Made by a program: the position numbers and the translations under genes. The notes beneath the pieces are model-generated. The model saw nothing but the letters and a program-made list of their open reading frames with translations. It did no database searches and was not told where the DNA came from. This document shows positions 63,066 through 64,000 of a stretch of 64,000 nt of DNA, piece by piece; the stretch's first letter is position 1, and the number at the start of each line of letters is the position of its first letter. This stretch comes from Squalus acanthias (Eukaryota), in contig CM059432.1 in assembly GCA_030390025.1 (NCBI GenBank), forward strand, positions 115,198,001 through 115,262,000, in the 5' to 3' direction.

Positions 63066-64000
63066 CGTGTTTTCTGTGCAGTGAACAGGTCATCGTCTGC
63101 TCTTTCATTTTTCCTGTAACAACAAGCACAGACCTTCCAACCCAAGGAAAATTTTATGAAAACTCAATTGCTGGGGATTCAGGGGCTGCTTTAGGCCCCC
63201 AGAAATTTGGGGACGTCACAATTTCTTCAGTTATTCTGCTTTGTAAAACAATATACCAGTAAACTAAACAGATAGGTGTATGTATATTAAAAAGTGTAAA
63301 TGATTGTCCTGAAATGAGGATGTATTGAAAAGTATTCAAGCCGAGATAGTTTGCTCTCAGGGTCTACCATGACTACTCAGCTACGAAGTGTGAGTAAGTT
63401 GCCCAGTCTGACTGCCTTTCCAAGGCTGGATTTACACTGCAACTTTGGGAACTCAAAACGTTGTCCTGAAGGAGCTTCAGTGTGATCAGTAGTCTCCTGA
63501 GTTACAATGGCACATTTGCATCGATGTGCACCACTTCGCAGTGGTGCGAAAGTTAAATGCAGCCTAATTTTATCTTCCTTACATGAGGAGCATCTGACCG
63601 CTCCTGGTGGTGGCACTGTTGAGACCAAGAACTCAGCATGTGGAGAATTAAAAGCTCAAACCATATATTAGTCTCTGCACCACCACATCAGTCAGTGTAC
63701 TGTCTGTTTCACATTATATGCTGTTAAATGTTCCTTCCTGTCATCTGATGCAGGGCCACACAAAAAAACCTCAGTGGTCCACATAATGGCACTGATAGTG
63801 GGTGATTCAAACCTCGATGGTGAATCTCCAGTGGGAAAACTCCTGAAAGTTTTATCTCATGCTGTGTTTTTTTTAAATTAATACTGTTTTTGAAGTGCGT
63901 TGAAGGCTGTAAAACACTCTCAGTGTTCAGAAGACCGTGAAGAAAGCTTCTAACTGAATCCCAGTCATCGCTTATTCTCCCTAAATATACAGTAATCCTT

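Noticed and set aside
1..64000. RIMS2 exon 1 (MPDLSHLTEEER) and zinc-finger exon (KLHQQFEMY...CGICHKTKF)
   Set aside because: Searched by eye on the minus strand and not found; presumed outside the window.
60350..64000. Coding-looking minus-strand stretches at 60350-60870 and 63080-64000
   Set aside because: Many stops and no motif I can recognise; a tBLASTn/HMM search would be needed.

Overview
Vertebrate DNA, almost certainly shark/elasmobranch, judging from HE1 V-SINE, SacSINE1-type DeuSINEs and abundant CR1 LINEs. The window appears to lie inside the 5' introns of RIMS2 (RIM2-alpha) on the minus strand. Only two small exons are visible, 29777-29809 and 29279-29365, encoding VKEEQKPQQPQ-WFPFSGITELVNNVLQPQQKQQNEKEPQ (the splice-site-A insert, recognised from recall). 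Neither is in the ORF track. The rest is intron rich in transposons: nested CR1 LINEs, an RTE LINE, an L1 relic, SINEs, PIF/Harbinger-type and hAT MITEs, and Penelope-like elements carrying minimal hammerhead ribozymes. The most unusual items are (1) two Penelope foldbacks whose host-sense ribozymes are preceded by their own antisense arm, (2) a decayed tyrosine-recombinase-like reading frame that re-joins in frame once a CR1 is removed, (3) an RTE flanked by a ~400-bp duplication, and (4) a hairpin-rich MITE carrying a frame-compatible cryptic RIMS2 exon. All identifications were made by eye, with no database search. Many repeat boundaries are approximate.
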